Origin: a virus
DNA length: 64,000 nt
Direction: 5' to 3' (one strand)
IMG/VR virus record: IMGVR_UViG_3300037833_000033
Span: 1,541 to 65,540 of that record
The notes beneath the pieces are model-generated. The model saw only the letters and a list, made by a program, of their open reading frames with translations, was not told the DNA's origin and did not search any database. The position numbers were made by a program, and so were the translations under genes. Shown one piece after another: positions 1 to 10,400 of the stretch; the stretch's first letter is position 1, and each line of letters begins with the position of its first letter.

Positions 1-351
1 GAGCAGCATCGGCGGTCCGGCATCGCCCGGCATGGCCTCGTCGACCGCGAAAGCCAGCGTCAGGGCCACTGCCAGCGTGAGCCAGAACCCTCCCCCGACG
101 CAGCACCCGCCGATGCGCCAGAGCGGCGTGTAGCGGTAGCCGCCGTTCTGGATGATCGCCCGCCACCGCAGCACGCCCACGAGAACCAGGATCCCCCCTC
201 CCGGGCCCTCCGAGATCCATGCCTTCATAAGCGCGTAGTAGGGCAGGAGGAACGTCTCCCCCGGCCAGAGCAGGATGGTGCCGCACGTCACCATAAGGGT
301 AGCGAGCATCATCTCGAGGGCGTGGGTCTTCACGGGCTCATGGAAGACCAT
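1..351 (-). CDS. Multi-TM membrane protein in lysis cassette (3' end beyond window)
   Basis: Open frame from ATG at 351 (MVFHEPVKTHALEMMLATLMVTCGTILLWP...), hydrophobic stretches, directly downstream of holin. Confidence 0.5.
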   Translation of the reverse strand, partial: MVFHEPVKTHALEMMLATLMVTCGTILLWPGETFLLPYYALMKAWISEGPGGGILVLVGVLRWRAIIQNGGYRYTPLWRIGGCCVGGGFWLTLAVALTLAFAVDEAMPGDAGPPMLL

Positions 352-353
352 GG

Positions 354-983
354 TCAACGCTTTCCCGTGACCTTTGCCGCCACGGCCGCGACGACGCCCT
401 GCCGCGGAACGCCGGTCGCCAAGGTCTCCTTGAACTTCGACGTGTCGCCGGCGATGTAGCCGTTCAGCCCGGCGAGGATGGCGAAGAACGGGATCGACGA
501 GGTGAGGGCAGCCGTGACGACCTGGAGCGCAGTGGCGTCCGCCTTCCAGAGGTGCAGCACGAACGGCGGAAGCACCGCGATCGCCCAGAGCAGCGTGGCG
601 TAGCCGATGAGATGACGCCAGTGGTACCAGGAAACGCCGGCCGTGACCTCCGCCCGCATGGTCTCGTTGATAGACGCGCTCTGGGCGCTCCGGTCGGCCG
701 CGTTCGCCTCCGCCTCCCGCGCCATCGCATCCCAGCGTGCCGCGGCCTCGCTCTCGACGGACTGGATCGCCGCGACCGCCTCCGGCCGGACGTCGCCGGT
801 CGGCGTCAGGACGGCACCCGCAATCGCCTCCGGCGTCGGCGCCGTGCCGAGCTGCCGCGCGAGGTAGGTGCCGGCCCATTCCCCGAGCAGCGCGCCGCCC
901 GGGAACGGGATCGCGCCGCCGAGGATCTTGCCGAGGGTCGGCGCATAGGGTGCGAGCGACTGCGCCAGGGACTGCCAGTTCAT
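354..983 (-). CDS. Putative holin (3TM holin-like)
   Basis: Start MNWQSLAQ overlaps endolysin stop; C-terminal WHWRHLIGY plus two TM helices. Confidence 0.65.
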   Translation of the reverse strand: MNWQSLAQSLAPYAPTLGKILGGAIPFPGGALLGEWAGTYLARQLGTAPTPEAIAGAVLTPTGDVRPEAVAAIQSVESEAAARWDAMAREAEANAADRSAQSASINETMRAEVTAGVSWYHWRHLIGYATLLWAIAVLPPFVLHLWKADATALQVVTAALTSSIPFFAILAGLNGYIAGDTSKFKETLATGVPRQGVVAAVAAKVTGKR

Positions 984-1777
984 GCTTGTCCTCCAATGAG
1001 TTCTTCGTTGAGCGCGGCGTAGGCCCGGGCGCGTTCCCGGTTGTGCGAACCCTTCCACCAGAAGAAGAGCGCAATGCCGATCAGGACGACGGCCAGGACG
1101 GCGAGCACCGGCCAGAGCTCGACGCCGTCCGGCAGCGTGTCGGGAGCCTGCTCAGGCGGCACAGTCGCCCCGGCCCCGGAACCCGCGCCCGCGGTCCCGG
1201 CCGTGCCGGCGACCTTCTCCTGACGGCTCGCCGTCTTGTCGGCCCCTGCCCGCTCGGCTTCGACCTTCGCCGCCATCGTGCCTTTCGACGCGCCCATGGC
1301 GGCGAGAGCCCAGGCGACGCCGACGGCCTCGATGCGCGCGACCCGGCGCGACCATCCCTTGCTGTAGGTCGACCACACCTTGAGGCTCCGCATGAAGCTG
1401 AGGCGCAGGGCACAGAGGCGCTTCACGGTCTCGGCATGGTTCTCGCTGCCGACCGCCTTCGGGAGGAGCTGCCGCACGCGGCCGACGCCGGAGTTCACGG
1501 CGAGGTCGAAGGCGGCGAGGTCGACGCCGGCGAAGAGGCGGTCGCAGCCGGCCGGGCCCCAATAGTCCCGCGCGTAGATCTCGGCGGCCTGCGCGAGCGT
1601 CAGGCGCGGGATGTCCAGATGGGGATAGCTGTTCGCGGCGATGCCGTACTTCGTGCCGAGCAGCCGGCCGGCGCCGACCTTGCCGCCGGTCCAGTTGCCC
1701 GGGTCGCGCTTGTCGTTGGTGAAGCCACCTTCATGGCCGAACACCTCCGCCAGCGCGCGCTGGAGGTTCTCTCGCAT
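980..1777 (-). CDS. Endolysin, glycoside hydrolase family 108, with C-terminal TM anchor
   Basis: HEGGFTNDKRDPGNWT...GTKYGI motif typical of GH108. Confidence 0.9.
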   Translation of the reverse strand: MRENLQRALAEVFGHEGGFTNDKRDPGNWTGGKVGAGRLLGTKYGIAANSYPHLDIPRLTLAQAAEIYARDYWGPAGCDRLFAGVDLAAFDLAVNSGVGRVRQLLPKAVGSENHAETVKRLCALRLSFMRSLKVWSTYSKGWSRRVARIEAVGVAWALAAMGASKGTMAAKVEAERAGADKTASRQEKVAGTAGTAGAGSGAGATVPPEQAPDTLPDGVELWPVLAVLAVVLIGIALFFWWKGSHNRERARAYAALNEELIGGQA

Positions 1778-1814
1778 CGGATTGTCCTGTGGTGGGGAGG
1801 AAGGTGACGCTGCG

Positions 1815-1836
1815 GCATCCTCGGATCCGAGGATGC
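1815..1836. repeat. Perfect 22-bp palindrome GCATCCTCGGATCCGAGGATGC
   Basis: Read directly; lies between endolysin start and a divergent small ORF. Confidence 0.9.
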
Positions 1837-1908
1837 TGGAAAGAGCTTGCCTGACGGTGCGTCAGAGCCGCTAAGGCCCAGCTTCAGGTCTTTTGATGGG
1901 AGGGCGCG

Positions 1909-2049
1909 ATGTCCCCGCAACTCGCGGTCGCAGTAGAACTCGCGATGGCACTCGTGATCTTCGCCGCCGGCTTTGGTGCCGGCTACTACGTTCGCCACGA
2001 CATCTCACGCAGGAAGAGGCGTGAAGCCAGGCGGCACGGGCCCTGGTGA
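1909..2049 (+). CDS. 46-aa single-pass membrane microprotein (not in ORF track)
   Basis: GGGAGG RBS; MSPQLAVAVELAMALVIFAAGFGAGYYVRHDISRRKRREARRHGPW. Confidence 0.5.
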   Translation: MSPQLAVAVELAMALVIFAAGFGAGYYVRHDISRRKRREARRHGPW

Positions 2050-2055
2050 TTCCGT

Positions 2056-2460
2056 TCACCCGAACGGCGACGCCGGCACGATCCGCTTGAGGCCGTGGGC
2101 GGCTGCAACTGCATCGAAGTGAGCGGAGGCGTCGAAGTCCTCGCCGGGCTGCACGAGATGAGCGTCCATGATGAGGCTGCCCGTCACGGCGTCGAGGTCG
2201 TCGGCGGTGAGGCCGAGAGCCTCCCAAGGGGCGTCGGGCCACTGACCCTGATGCGCCGCCAGGAGCGCATCGACGAACGCCTGCTGGGCCGCGGTGGAGC
2301 ACCCGAAGGCTGTCGCCGGCTCCTGCCCGTCCTCTGACAGCGGCACACTGTAGGTCTTGCCGGGCCATACGTCGTAGCCAAGGGCGCAAGCGATCTTGTT
2401 GCCGGCCTCTTGCAGGTCTGCGCGAAGAATGAGCGCAAGACGGTGCCGGAACGCGCTCAT
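2056..2460 (-). CDS. Hypothetical phage tail-region protein
   Basis: ATGA overlap with upstream gene; same strand as tail operon. Confidence 0.6.
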   Translation of the reverse strand: MSAFRHRLALILRADLQEAGNKIACALGYDVWPGKTYSVPLSEDGQEPATAFGCSTAAQQAFVDALLAAHQGQWPDAPWEALGLTADDLDAVTGSLIMDAHLVQPGEDFDASAHFDAVAAAHGLKRIVPASPFG

Positions 2461-3542
2461 AGCGTGACCCCATTCTCAGTCGCGAGATACTGCACCATGC
2501 GCGTACGATCCGTTGATCCGAGATCGGGCACGACGATGTAATCGTGCAAGCGCCCCGCGAAGGGGAACCCAGCGGCGTTGTACTGCCCGAACTGAAGTTG
2601 GACCCATGTGCTCAGATCGAGGCCGCGCACCTCCAAAATCTTCTTGGAACCGACCGGCATGGCATCGAGCAGAGCTTGGCGCGTTGCTGTTACGGCAACG
2701 CCGTTCACGGCGTATGTCGGGGAGCCGGCCCCCGCATGAGGGGAGGCCGCCGATGCCTGTGCCACCCCGAAGAACCGGGAAAGGCTGTTCGGGTCATTCC
2801 CTGCCATCCATACATCGTCGCCGGGCTGAAGTACGGCATAGACCGACAGCCCGGAGGGGAACGTCAGGACATCGGTGAACAGGGCGTCGTCAACCCCGTC
2901 GAAGGAGAGCCAGTTCGGGCTGCTGGTGGATCGGTAGAGCGGCTTCGCGGCCGAACTGCTCTGCCGCCAGTATCGCGCATTCGTGCTCTTGTCGGTGATG
3001 CGGCCCACGGGTTGACTGTCCGCAGTAAGCGGCGTGGTGCCGTCGCTGCCTTGCGTGAGCTTCGCGATGTCACGGGCGCTCCACCACGCCCAGGGAGACA
3101 CATCGGCCGGTGTCCACACGGTCACCGTGACGGATGGCGCCAGCAGCACCGCAGGCGCTGAGAGGAGCGGCGCAACGAGGGCCACAGGCCCAGCCGAGAC
3201 AGAAGGCACCAGAGCCACCGCAGCGGCGTCCAGCAACGGCGCTTCCACCGTCACCGTCCCCGGCTGCACAGACGGCGCCAGAGCCACCGCAGAGGCGTCG
3301 AGCAGGGGTGCGGCGATCTCCACCGGCCCGGGCTGCACGGACGGCGGCAGGACGGCCGCAGAGGCGTCCAGAAGGGGCATGTGCAGGGCCGCGGTTACAA
3401 CCACCGCCGGCGCCAGCGCCCGCGCCGCACTCTTGAGCACGGGCGGGTAGAGCGTCCCTGCCTCCCGCTCCGTCGGCAGCCCGTCCGCATCGACGGCGAG
3501 CGTGACGACATCGGGACCGGGAACGACGACGAGCCTAGTCAC
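2457..3542 (-). CDS. Putative tail fibre / receptor-binding protein (repeat stalk plus beta-rich head)
   Basis: End of tail operon; four 23-aa repeats followed by W-W-S-A-R-D...LSFDGVDD domain. Confidence 0.55.
   Translation of the reverse strand: MTRLVVVPGPDVVTLAVDADGLPTEREAGTLYPPVLKSAARALAPAVVVTAALHMPLLDASAAVLPPSVQPGPVEIAAPLLDASAVALAPSVQPGTVTVEAPLLDAAAVALVPSVSAGPVALVAPLLSAPAVLLAPSVTVTVWTPADVSPWAWWSARDIAKLTQGSDGTTPLTADSQPVGRITDKSTNARYWRQSSSAAKPLYRSTSSPNWLSFDGVDDALFTDVLTFPSGLSVYAVLQPGDDVWMAGNDPNSLSRFFGVAQASAASPHAGAGSPTYAVNGVAVTATRQALLDAMPVGSKKILEVRGLDLSTWVQLQFGQYNAAGFPFAGRLHDYIVVPDLGSTDRTRMVQYLATENGVTL
3130..3378 (-). repeat. ~3.6 tandem 69-bp coding repeats (APLLDASAVALAPSVQPGxVxVx)
   Basis: Visible in translation and DNA. 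Confidence 0.85.
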
Positions 3543-3861
3543 GGTTCAGCCCTCCCGTGACCGTGATGTGGCCCGTGGCGTAGACGCGCTGGCCCGTGTC
3601 GGTGCGGCGCTCGAGCTCGTAGGTCGCGACCCTGCCGAGGGGCAGGAGCCTCGTCTGCGCGACCGTGTAGGCCCAGCGGACCACTCGCTCCCCCAGGTCG
3701 ATCACCAACCCGCCCTCTTCCGAGGTGGCGCGCAGGGAGCCTCCCCGCCAAGAGACGGACAGTTCCCAGCCCACGTCCACGTCGAACGAAGGCGGGAACT
3801 CCCACTCCACCACGGGCTCATTGGTCCCGCGGTGCAGGCTGAAGTCGAGCACGGTCGCCAT
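3535..3861 (-). CDS. Hypothetical tail/baseplate-region protein
   Basis: Coupled to neighbouring genes in tail operon. Confidence 0.55.
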   Translation of the reverse strand: MATVLDFSLHRGTNEPVVEWEFPPSFDVDVGWELSVSWRGGSLRATSEEGGLVIDLGERVVRWAYTVAQTRLLPLGRVATYELERRTDTGQRVYATGHITVTGGLNRD

Positions 3862-3873
3862 GATGGACCTCGC

Positions 3874-4281
3874 TTACAGGGAGACGATTCCGCCAGCATT
3901 CCAAGTGATGACGATGTCGCCGCCGTTAGGCTGGACCGGCAGGCCCGTGACGCCTGTGTCGAAGAAGGCCACCAGCCGCGATGTCGCCGCCGAGCCCGTG
4001 TCGATGAACAGGATCAGCGCCTCGCTCTGATCGCCCGTGACGGCCGTGAAGGTGACATCCGCGGCATCGAACAGGCCGTTCGTGAATGTCTTGCCCGTCA
4101 GGGCCGGCGAGGTCGCCACCCGCGCGCCCGCGGGAACGTCGGACAGGAACTCGTGCGCAGCCGAATAGGTGTAGTCGGCCAAATCGACGAGGAGCGCCTT
4201 CACGGTGCCCGAAACGAGGGAGGCGTTCGCGGCGTCGCCGTAGGCGGCCACTTTGTAGAGGGGATAGACTGCATTGGCCAT
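3874..4281 (-). CDS. Conserved phage tail-region protein
   Basis: MANAVYPLYK...TGKTFTNGLFDAADVTF...PNGGDIVITWN, a common phage structural sequence. Confidence 0.65.
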   Translation of the reverse strand: MANAVYPLYKVAAYGDAANASLVSGTVKALLVDLADYTYSAAHEFLSDVPAGARVATSPALTGKTFTNGLFDAADVTFTAVTGDQSEALILFIDTGSAATSRLVAFFDTGVTGLPVQPNGGDIVITWNAGGIVSL

Positions 4282-4359
4282 TGTAGGCTCCATAGGTTCG
4301 CGACCCGAGGAGCGGGCGCGGGGCGAAGAGGTCGGGAGGGGGTGGGTGGCGGTGGGCTG

Positions 4360-4896
4360 CTACAGCGTCGCGGCGAGTCGCCAGAGATCGTCCAGGTTTG
4401 CGTCGGTCCAGCCGAGCGCAGCGGCGAGCGCAAGCGTCATCGGATGTCGGCGCTCGTAGGTCTGAGCCGAGCGCAGGAACATGACGGCCCTCTGCCGGGT
4501 CGCCTCGTCGGGAATCGCGGCAACGACCGCGGCGAGCTGTGCCGGGATCGCGCCGGTTGCGCCCCATTCCTCCGCCTCGGGCCACGGGATCTCGCCCATC
4601 TCGGCGAGCGCCTGGGCGAACTGACGATCGCTCACGGCGGCCGGGACGGGGTTGGCCGGAGCGTCCCCGCCCTCGCTCGTCGCAAACCGCTCCACGGCGC
4701 TCCCAGCGGCTTCCGCGAGGGCGAAGGTGCGGACGATCTCGCTCGCGAGGCCCATCGGGACCGCCCGGCAGCGGACGCCGCGGAACGTCGCCTCGGCCGG
4801 AAGCCCGAGGGCGTTGGCCGCCGCCTGGAGTTGCGCCGCGACGTCCTCGATGGACGCCGGCTCCTCGACGGCGAGGGAGACGACGAGGCCCATCAC
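4360..4896 (-). CDS. Tail-fibre-associated hypothetical protein
   Basis: C-terminal YERRHPMTLALAAALGWTDANLDDLWRLA motif typical of tail-fibre accessory proteins. Confidence 0.55.
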   Translation of the reverse strand: MMGLVVSLAVEEPASIEDVAAQLQAAANALGLPAEATFRGVRCRAVPMGLASEIVRTFALAEAAGSAVERFATSEGGDAPANPVPAAVSDRQFAQALAEMGEIPWPEAEEWGATGAIPAQLAAVVAAIPDEATRQRAVMFLRSAQTYERRHPMTLALAAALGWTDANLDDLWRLAATL

Positions 4897-5696
4897 AGGA
4901 GCTCCACGATCTCGCTCGCCCAGGTGTGGGGCGCCTGCGATGCGTTGGCCTCGACGATCTCCGAGAGGGCCCGGAGACGGCCGTAGATCGTCCGTTTCGG
5001 GAGCATCACCGCGGTATCGTCGGGGTCGTAGATCGCGAGGAGGTTCCCGGAGATCCCGAGGGTGTCCATCATATCCTCGACGGATGGGTAGGCGCCGAAC
5101 GCCTCGGCGTCGGTCAGCGCGTCGAGCGTGAAGCGCAGCGAGCGATATTTCGGCTTGGTGCCGAAATGCGACTGGCCGCCCGTGGTCCGGCTCTCGGTCG
5201 TGTCGTCATTCACCTTGATCGCGGCGCCGTAGCTCATATTGATCGAGGGCACGAAGGGCACCCCGGCCATGAAGCGGCCGACCTCGACGTAGTTGTCCGG
5301 GTTCAACGTGTCCGTAATGTCGATGAGAACGTATTGCCCGGAGACGGCCGCCGCTGCCCGGTACAGCGTCAGCCCCGCGTTCGCGCCGTCCGCGCCGACC
5401 GTCACGGTCTGGTCGAGGAGCGGCGCGGAGCCGTTCGAGGCGTTGGAGACGCGAATGCGGACCGTTGCCGCTGCGGTCAGGTTGTGACTGATCAGCGCAA
5501 AGATCTGGAAGCTCTGCGCCGATCCGTGGTCGAGCACGAACTTGGTCGAGCCCGTCGCGTCATCCGACGAACGGGCGACGGTCGTCCGCTGCTGGCTCTG
5601 GATGTTGGTCAGGGGCAGGCCCGAGAGCCACGATCCGACCGCCAGAAACGACCCGCTGTCGCTCGCGGGGCTGTAGAGGATGTGCAGGCGCGCCAT
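4893..5696 (-). CDS. Minor tail protein
   Basis: Follows tail hub gene; GG-x-HF...R-x-LRFTL motif seen in distal-tail-like proteins. Confidence 0.65.
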   Translation of the reverse strand: MARLHILYSPASDSGSFLAVGSWLSGLPLTNIQSQQRTTVARSSDDATGSTKFVLDHGSAQSFQIFALISHNLTAAATVRIRVSNASNGSAPLLDQTVTVGADGANAGLTLYRAAAAVSGQYVLIDITDTLNPDNYVEVGRFMAGVPFVPSINMSYGAAIKVNDDTTESRTTGGQSHFGTKPKYRSLRFTLDALTDAEAFGAYPSVEDMMDTLGISGNLLAIYDPDDTAVMLPKRTIYGRLRALSEIVEANASQAPHTWASEIVELL

Positions 5697-5699
5697 GGT

Positions 5700-7454
5700 C
5701 TACCCCCAAATCCCAAGCTCGGTCTCGCCCAACTCGTGGATCTCCTCCATGTCGACGACGACGAAGTTCTTGCCGGAGGCCAGTCCGTACCGCGGGTGCG
5801 TGATGTTGATGACCTGCCCGATCTCAAGGCCCATCGTCTGCACGTTGAGCCGGACCCGGAAGAAGTCGCGCTTGACCTTGTAGAGATCGAGGAGCCGGGT
5901 CGCCTCGGTCGTGACGTAGGCGAGGTGGTCGATCACCCCGTCGAGATCGATCGGCGTCGCGAGCGGGTACGCCGTCAGGACGGAGCTGTCCTGCGCGACC
6001 ACTTGGCGCCACTCGGTCTGGAAGTAGGTGCGGTCCGCCGCCGAGACCCCGCCCGCGATCTGGTCGGCCGTCAGCGGCGTCCAGTTGCGCTGATAGCGAA
6101 GGTTGACGAGATGCGTCGGGTCGGCGGTCTGTTCCCGCTTGATCGAGAGGATGTGCCGGGTGTCGTAGAACGCAACCGGCGAGGCCGGCGCGGTGATGCG
6201 CCCGACCGCGAGCTGCCCCGCCCGGTTGACCGTGTACCAGGTGCCCGACCCGTTCGCGATCCGGTCCATCACGTCGAGCCCGGTCCCGCCCTCGGGGAGC
6301 CAGATCCCGACGTTGTCGGCCAGGACGGCGTTGAGAGCGGCGTAGGCGGTCGCGTCGTAGGACGTGACCCCGAGCGTGTTCGCGATCCACTTCTGGACTT
6401 GCGCGACCGTGCCGTAGGCGGTGATGACCCAGGATGCCCCCGCCACGCCGACGCCGTTCGCGCCGACGACCGACATTGTCAGCGTCGAGCCGACGTAGCT
6501 CGTCACCGTCCCGGAGAACCAGTAGCCGTTCCAATTCGTCGCTGAGCGGACAATGACCCACGAGTTGACCGGGAAGTCCTTGCCGGAGCCGACCGTCAGG
6601 GCGATCGAAGCGCCGACCGCGGGCACGTTGAAGGCTTGGGAGAAGGCCGTGGATTCCAGCCCAAGCCCGATCACGTTGCAAGTAATCGGGCCCGTGATCG
6701 ACCCGCCGAGTTCGATCGTGCCGTTCGCTACGTCGTGCCGGAACTGACCTGCCGCCGGGGTGCCGTCAACCGCACTAAGAGCTACTGCGGAAACATAAAC
6801 AGCGTCGACGTTCGTCGTCCCCGTCGTCCCCGCGAGGCCGGATCCGACGTCGAAGATGTGCCGGCCGCCCGTGTTCTTCCCGAGATAGACCGGGGTGATG
6901 TTGCGGCAGAGCCCGAGCGCGATGGGCTTGAGCCGGTCCTTCATGTTGGCCGTGCCCTCGGCGCCTCCCGTGCCGGCGTAGCGGGCCGTCGAGATCAACC
7001 TGTCGAATTTCTCCTGCAAGTCGCGCAAAACGATCGTGAAGTAGTCGTCATCGTGCTCGAACCCCGCAGTCGTGCCGTCGAAGATCAGCACGAAATCGGA
7101 GAAGGCGAAGCCTGGCCCGCCCATGTAGACCCGCACCCGCCGCCCCGACCACGCATAGCCGGCGAGCGCGTCGAGCCCGCCATCCGCGTTGGACAGGCGC
7201 AATCGCCCGCCGCCGGGAAGGGTGGAGCCGGCAAGCCGACCCTCCTTGAACAACGCCCGCTTGATCGAGATCGCCGAGGACAGGCGCTCGGCGAACAGAG
7301 TGTGAGCGGGGCTGTCGGACGCCCCGCTCACGAAGCCATGCGAGGAGTAGTAGAGCGTCCGCGTGGCCGTAATCGCGGCGTCGTAGGGCTCCAAGATCAC
7401 GAGGAACCGAATGTCCGGCTTGTCGGAGGCGAGGAGGTCGGTAAAGAGGCTCAC
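5700..7454 (-). CDS. Tail tip/hub protein
   Basis: Immediately after tape measure with ATGA overlap; LSNADGGLD and KPIALGLCRNITPV motifs. Confidence 0.7.
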   Translation of the reverse strand: MSLFTDLLASDKPDIRFLVILEPYDAAITATRTLYYSSHGFVSGASDSPAHTLFAERLSSAISIKRALFKEGRLAGSTLPGGGRLRLSNADGGLDALAGYAWSGRRVRVYMGGPGFAFSDFVLIFDGTTAGFEHDDDYFTIVLRDLQEKFDRLISTARYAGTGGAEGTANMKDRLKPIALGLCRNITPVYLGKNTGGRHIFDVGSGLAGTTGTTNVDAVYVSAVALSAVDGTPAAGQFRHDVANGTIELGGSITGPITCNVIGLGLESTAFSQAFNVPAVGASIALTVGSGKDFPVNSWVIVRSATNWNGYWFSGTVTSYVGSTLTMSVVGANGVGVAGASWVITAYGTVAQVQKWIANTLGVTSYDATAYAALNAVLADNVGIWLPEGGTGLDVMDRIANGSGTWYTVNRAGQLAVGRITAPASPVAFYDTRHILSIKREQTADPTHLVNLRYQRNWTPLTADQIAGGVSAADRTYFQTEWRQVVAQDSSVLTAYPLATPIDLDGVIDHLAYVTTEATRLLDLYKVKRDFFRVRLNVQTMGLEIGQVINITHPRYGLASGKNFVVVDMEEIHELGETELGIWG

Positions 7455-10400
7455 CGCCGCCCTCCCTGCGCCCGCTGCTGCCCGGCCGGCTCACGATCGC
7501 CCGCCAGGGTTTCGGCTGCGACCGCAGACCTCACACCAGCTTTTGCGAGCGTCTCGATGACCTCGTTCAGCCGGCGGATCTCCTCGCGCGACTGCGCCTG
7601 CTCGGCCCGGAGGAGGCGCAACTCGTCGACCACGGGGCCCCAATCATCATGATTGTCGTTGCCGGCGCCTGCGCTCCCCGGCCAATGGCCGGAATTGATC
7701 GCCTCGAGCACGGGGGCCCATTGCTCGGCCTGCGATGCCCGGACGACGAACTCGCCGGCGCTCAGCCGCGCCGCGATGCTGTCCGAGGTGGATGAGCCTG
7801 GACCGCGGACCCACCCGCCGAGCGCGTAGGGCTGCGAGCCATCGTTGACGCCGCCCAGCGCGCCAGGGCCGTCGTTGTTCGCCCCGGGCGTGCTCGCGCT
7901 GCCCGGCGACCCGTCGAAGCCGCCGCTGTTGTAGGGCACGTCACCCAGATTGTGGGGCGTGTAGTTGTAGCTGTCGCGGTTCGAGTAGTTCGCCGTCCCA
8001 TCCGCGTTGAAGCTCGCGCCGATCACGGCAGGGTCAGTGATGCCGAAGAGGGAGCCAGCTCCGATCTGGGCAGGCGTCAGCCCGGCATAGGCGGTCAGGC
8101 CGACGATGTCCTGCACCATCGCGCCGATGGACGCGAGCGACATGAAGCTCGCCTTGAGCGTGCCCTTCTTGAGGTCCTGTCGGATCTGATCAAGGATCGG
8201 GTTGACCGATGTGGGCATTGCCGGCGTGAGCTGCCCGGGGTGGAACGGCACCCCACGCCCGTTCCTTCCGAAGTAGCCGTTGTCGTCGATCTGGTCCGCG
8301 ATCTCCTGCGGCGTCATGGTCCCGGTCTGCCCGAATCCGGGGTAGCCGCCCAATGGGAACCCCCCGTCCGCAATACCGTGCGGCATGCCGGGAATGCTGT
8401 GCGGCGCCCCTGACGTCGGCTGGTTCGGCGTGCCGAGGCCCGGCGGCCCGAACGTCCCGGTTCCGGTGCCGTAGACGCCGCCGAAGCCGCCGCCGGTCGT
8501 GAACGGGCCGCCGCCGAAGGTGCCGCCGGTCGTGTAGTCGCCGACGATCGGGCCGGGGTTCACCGGCTGGGCGTCAGGGTTGGGCCCGGGCGGCGTGCCC
8601 GGCACGTCGCGGTCGAGACCATGGTCGATGGGCCCCACGAAGCCGCCGCCGCCCGAGCCGGGCGTGGGTGCGCTGCCGGGCCCGGGCATGTAGCCACCGC
8701 CGCCTGAGCCGACACCGGGTGCAAGGCCGCCCGTCCCGGGAGGCGAGCCTCCTCCGATGGCGCCGCCGATGGAGCCACCGGACCCGGCGCCATCGCCCGG
8801 GAGCCAGTATTCGCCCAGGCTGCCCCAGAGAGTCGGCAGGAAACGGTTGCGCCGGCCAATGCCCGCGGAGCGCCGCAGGCGGCCGACGGGATCGGCGACA
8901 CCCGTGTTCATAGCGACGAGCGTTGCCTCGTGCCTCGCCGCCGCCTGCGCGTTCACTACGAACTCGCCATCGCTCAGGAGCGCTGGAATCGCATCATCCT
9001 GCGGCCCACCGCGGCCGCGCACACGGCCGCCGCGCGCGAAGCCCGGCACGGCACCGATCTTGCCGAGCTGCGCCAGCACGTCGTTGAAGATCGCAGCATA
9101 CTGCGGGCCCGAAGCAAACATGCCCTGTGAGGCCGAAAGGTACGCCTGCGCCACGCCCTGCAGGTTGCCGAGCGCCGCGGTATCGCCGCCCTGCGCCTTG
9201 GCGAGGGTGTCGCCGTAAGCCTTCTGAGCCGCCGCAAACTGATCGCCCGGTGAAAGCGCGCTCTGCGGCCCAAGCTTGAGGTCCAGCACAAAGTCGGCGA
9301 TTGACTGCTTCAGGTTGTCGAGTTCGTCGGACACGGTCGAGCCGAGATCGGCGATCACGCTCGCCAGGTCCGGAAACTGACGCTGCAGGTCGGCGAGCGC
9401 CTCGGACGTGAGATCCGCACCCTCGATAATGTCGCGGACGGTCGCCTCGTAGGCATTCTGCACGAGAGACTTGTCGATCCCGACTGCCTTCGCATCCTTC
9501 AGATCAAGGCCGCGCTGGCGCTCGGCGTCGGCCAGATCGTTGAGGTACCCGTTGCCCTGCGCGTCGTTGATCCGGGCGGTGAGGCTGGCCTTAAAGTCAC
9601 CACGCAGGGTCCGCAGGGCCTCGTTCAGCTCTCCGCGCACCGCCTTGCCCGCGTCCTCCGCCGACATACCGAGGTCGATCAGCACGTCCTTCAAGCCCGC
9701 GGCCGCGCCCTGGACCTCGGCGAGACGGCTCGCGAACTCACTCTGATCCTGCGGGTTGAGGAGGCCGAGCGCATAGGCGGCGCCAGCCTTCCGGACATCG
9801 CGGACGCTCTCGTTGGCGGTTTCGGCGTCGGAGACGAGGCCGGCGAGAGTCTTGCCGAGCTCGTCGATGGCGGCCGCAGCAGCCATAAAGGGTCCGCTCG
9901 GGCCGGCGCCGCTCTCCAGGGACGCGATCAGGCCATCGATGGTCGCTTTGAAGTCCTGAACGGTGTCCTTCCAGCCCTCACGGAATGCCTTCTGGATCTC
10001 GCGGGCCTCCCGAGGCATATCGGCCTCACGAGCGAGCTGCATCGCCTTGACCGCCGTGGCCTTGTTCTCGGCGCGCCACGCGGCGAGCGAGCCCATGCCC
10101 CCGTCGGTCATCTCGGCTTTCCAGGCTTCAATCGCGTCCTTCTGCTGATTCCACGCCTTCGTGGCCTGCCGCAGCTTCTCGGCAGCCGCGTCTGCCGCTC
10201 CCGTGATTCCACCGATCAGGCCGGCAATGCCGCCGATGACGGCGCCGGCCGCCGCCATTATGGGATTTCCTGTGGCGAGCCCGGCCCCAAGGCCGCCCAT
10301 TGCGCCGCCAAGGGCGCCCATGAGCGGGCTCTGCGACTGGTACCCAGTCGAATAGCCTCCTAGGCCCGCCACGAGGCCCGTCATGCCGGCCTGGCCATAG

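Noticed and set aside
2457-7454. Diversity-generating retroelement acting on tail genes
   Set aside because: No reverse transcriptase and no template/variable repeat pair differing at adenines was seen.
3502-7652. Long plus-strand ORFs (3502..4986, 4539..6545, 6636..7652; similarly 29304..30653 and 38688..40313)
   Set aside because: Arg/Pro/Gly-rich shadow frames of high-GC genes on the opposite strand that have recognisable products.
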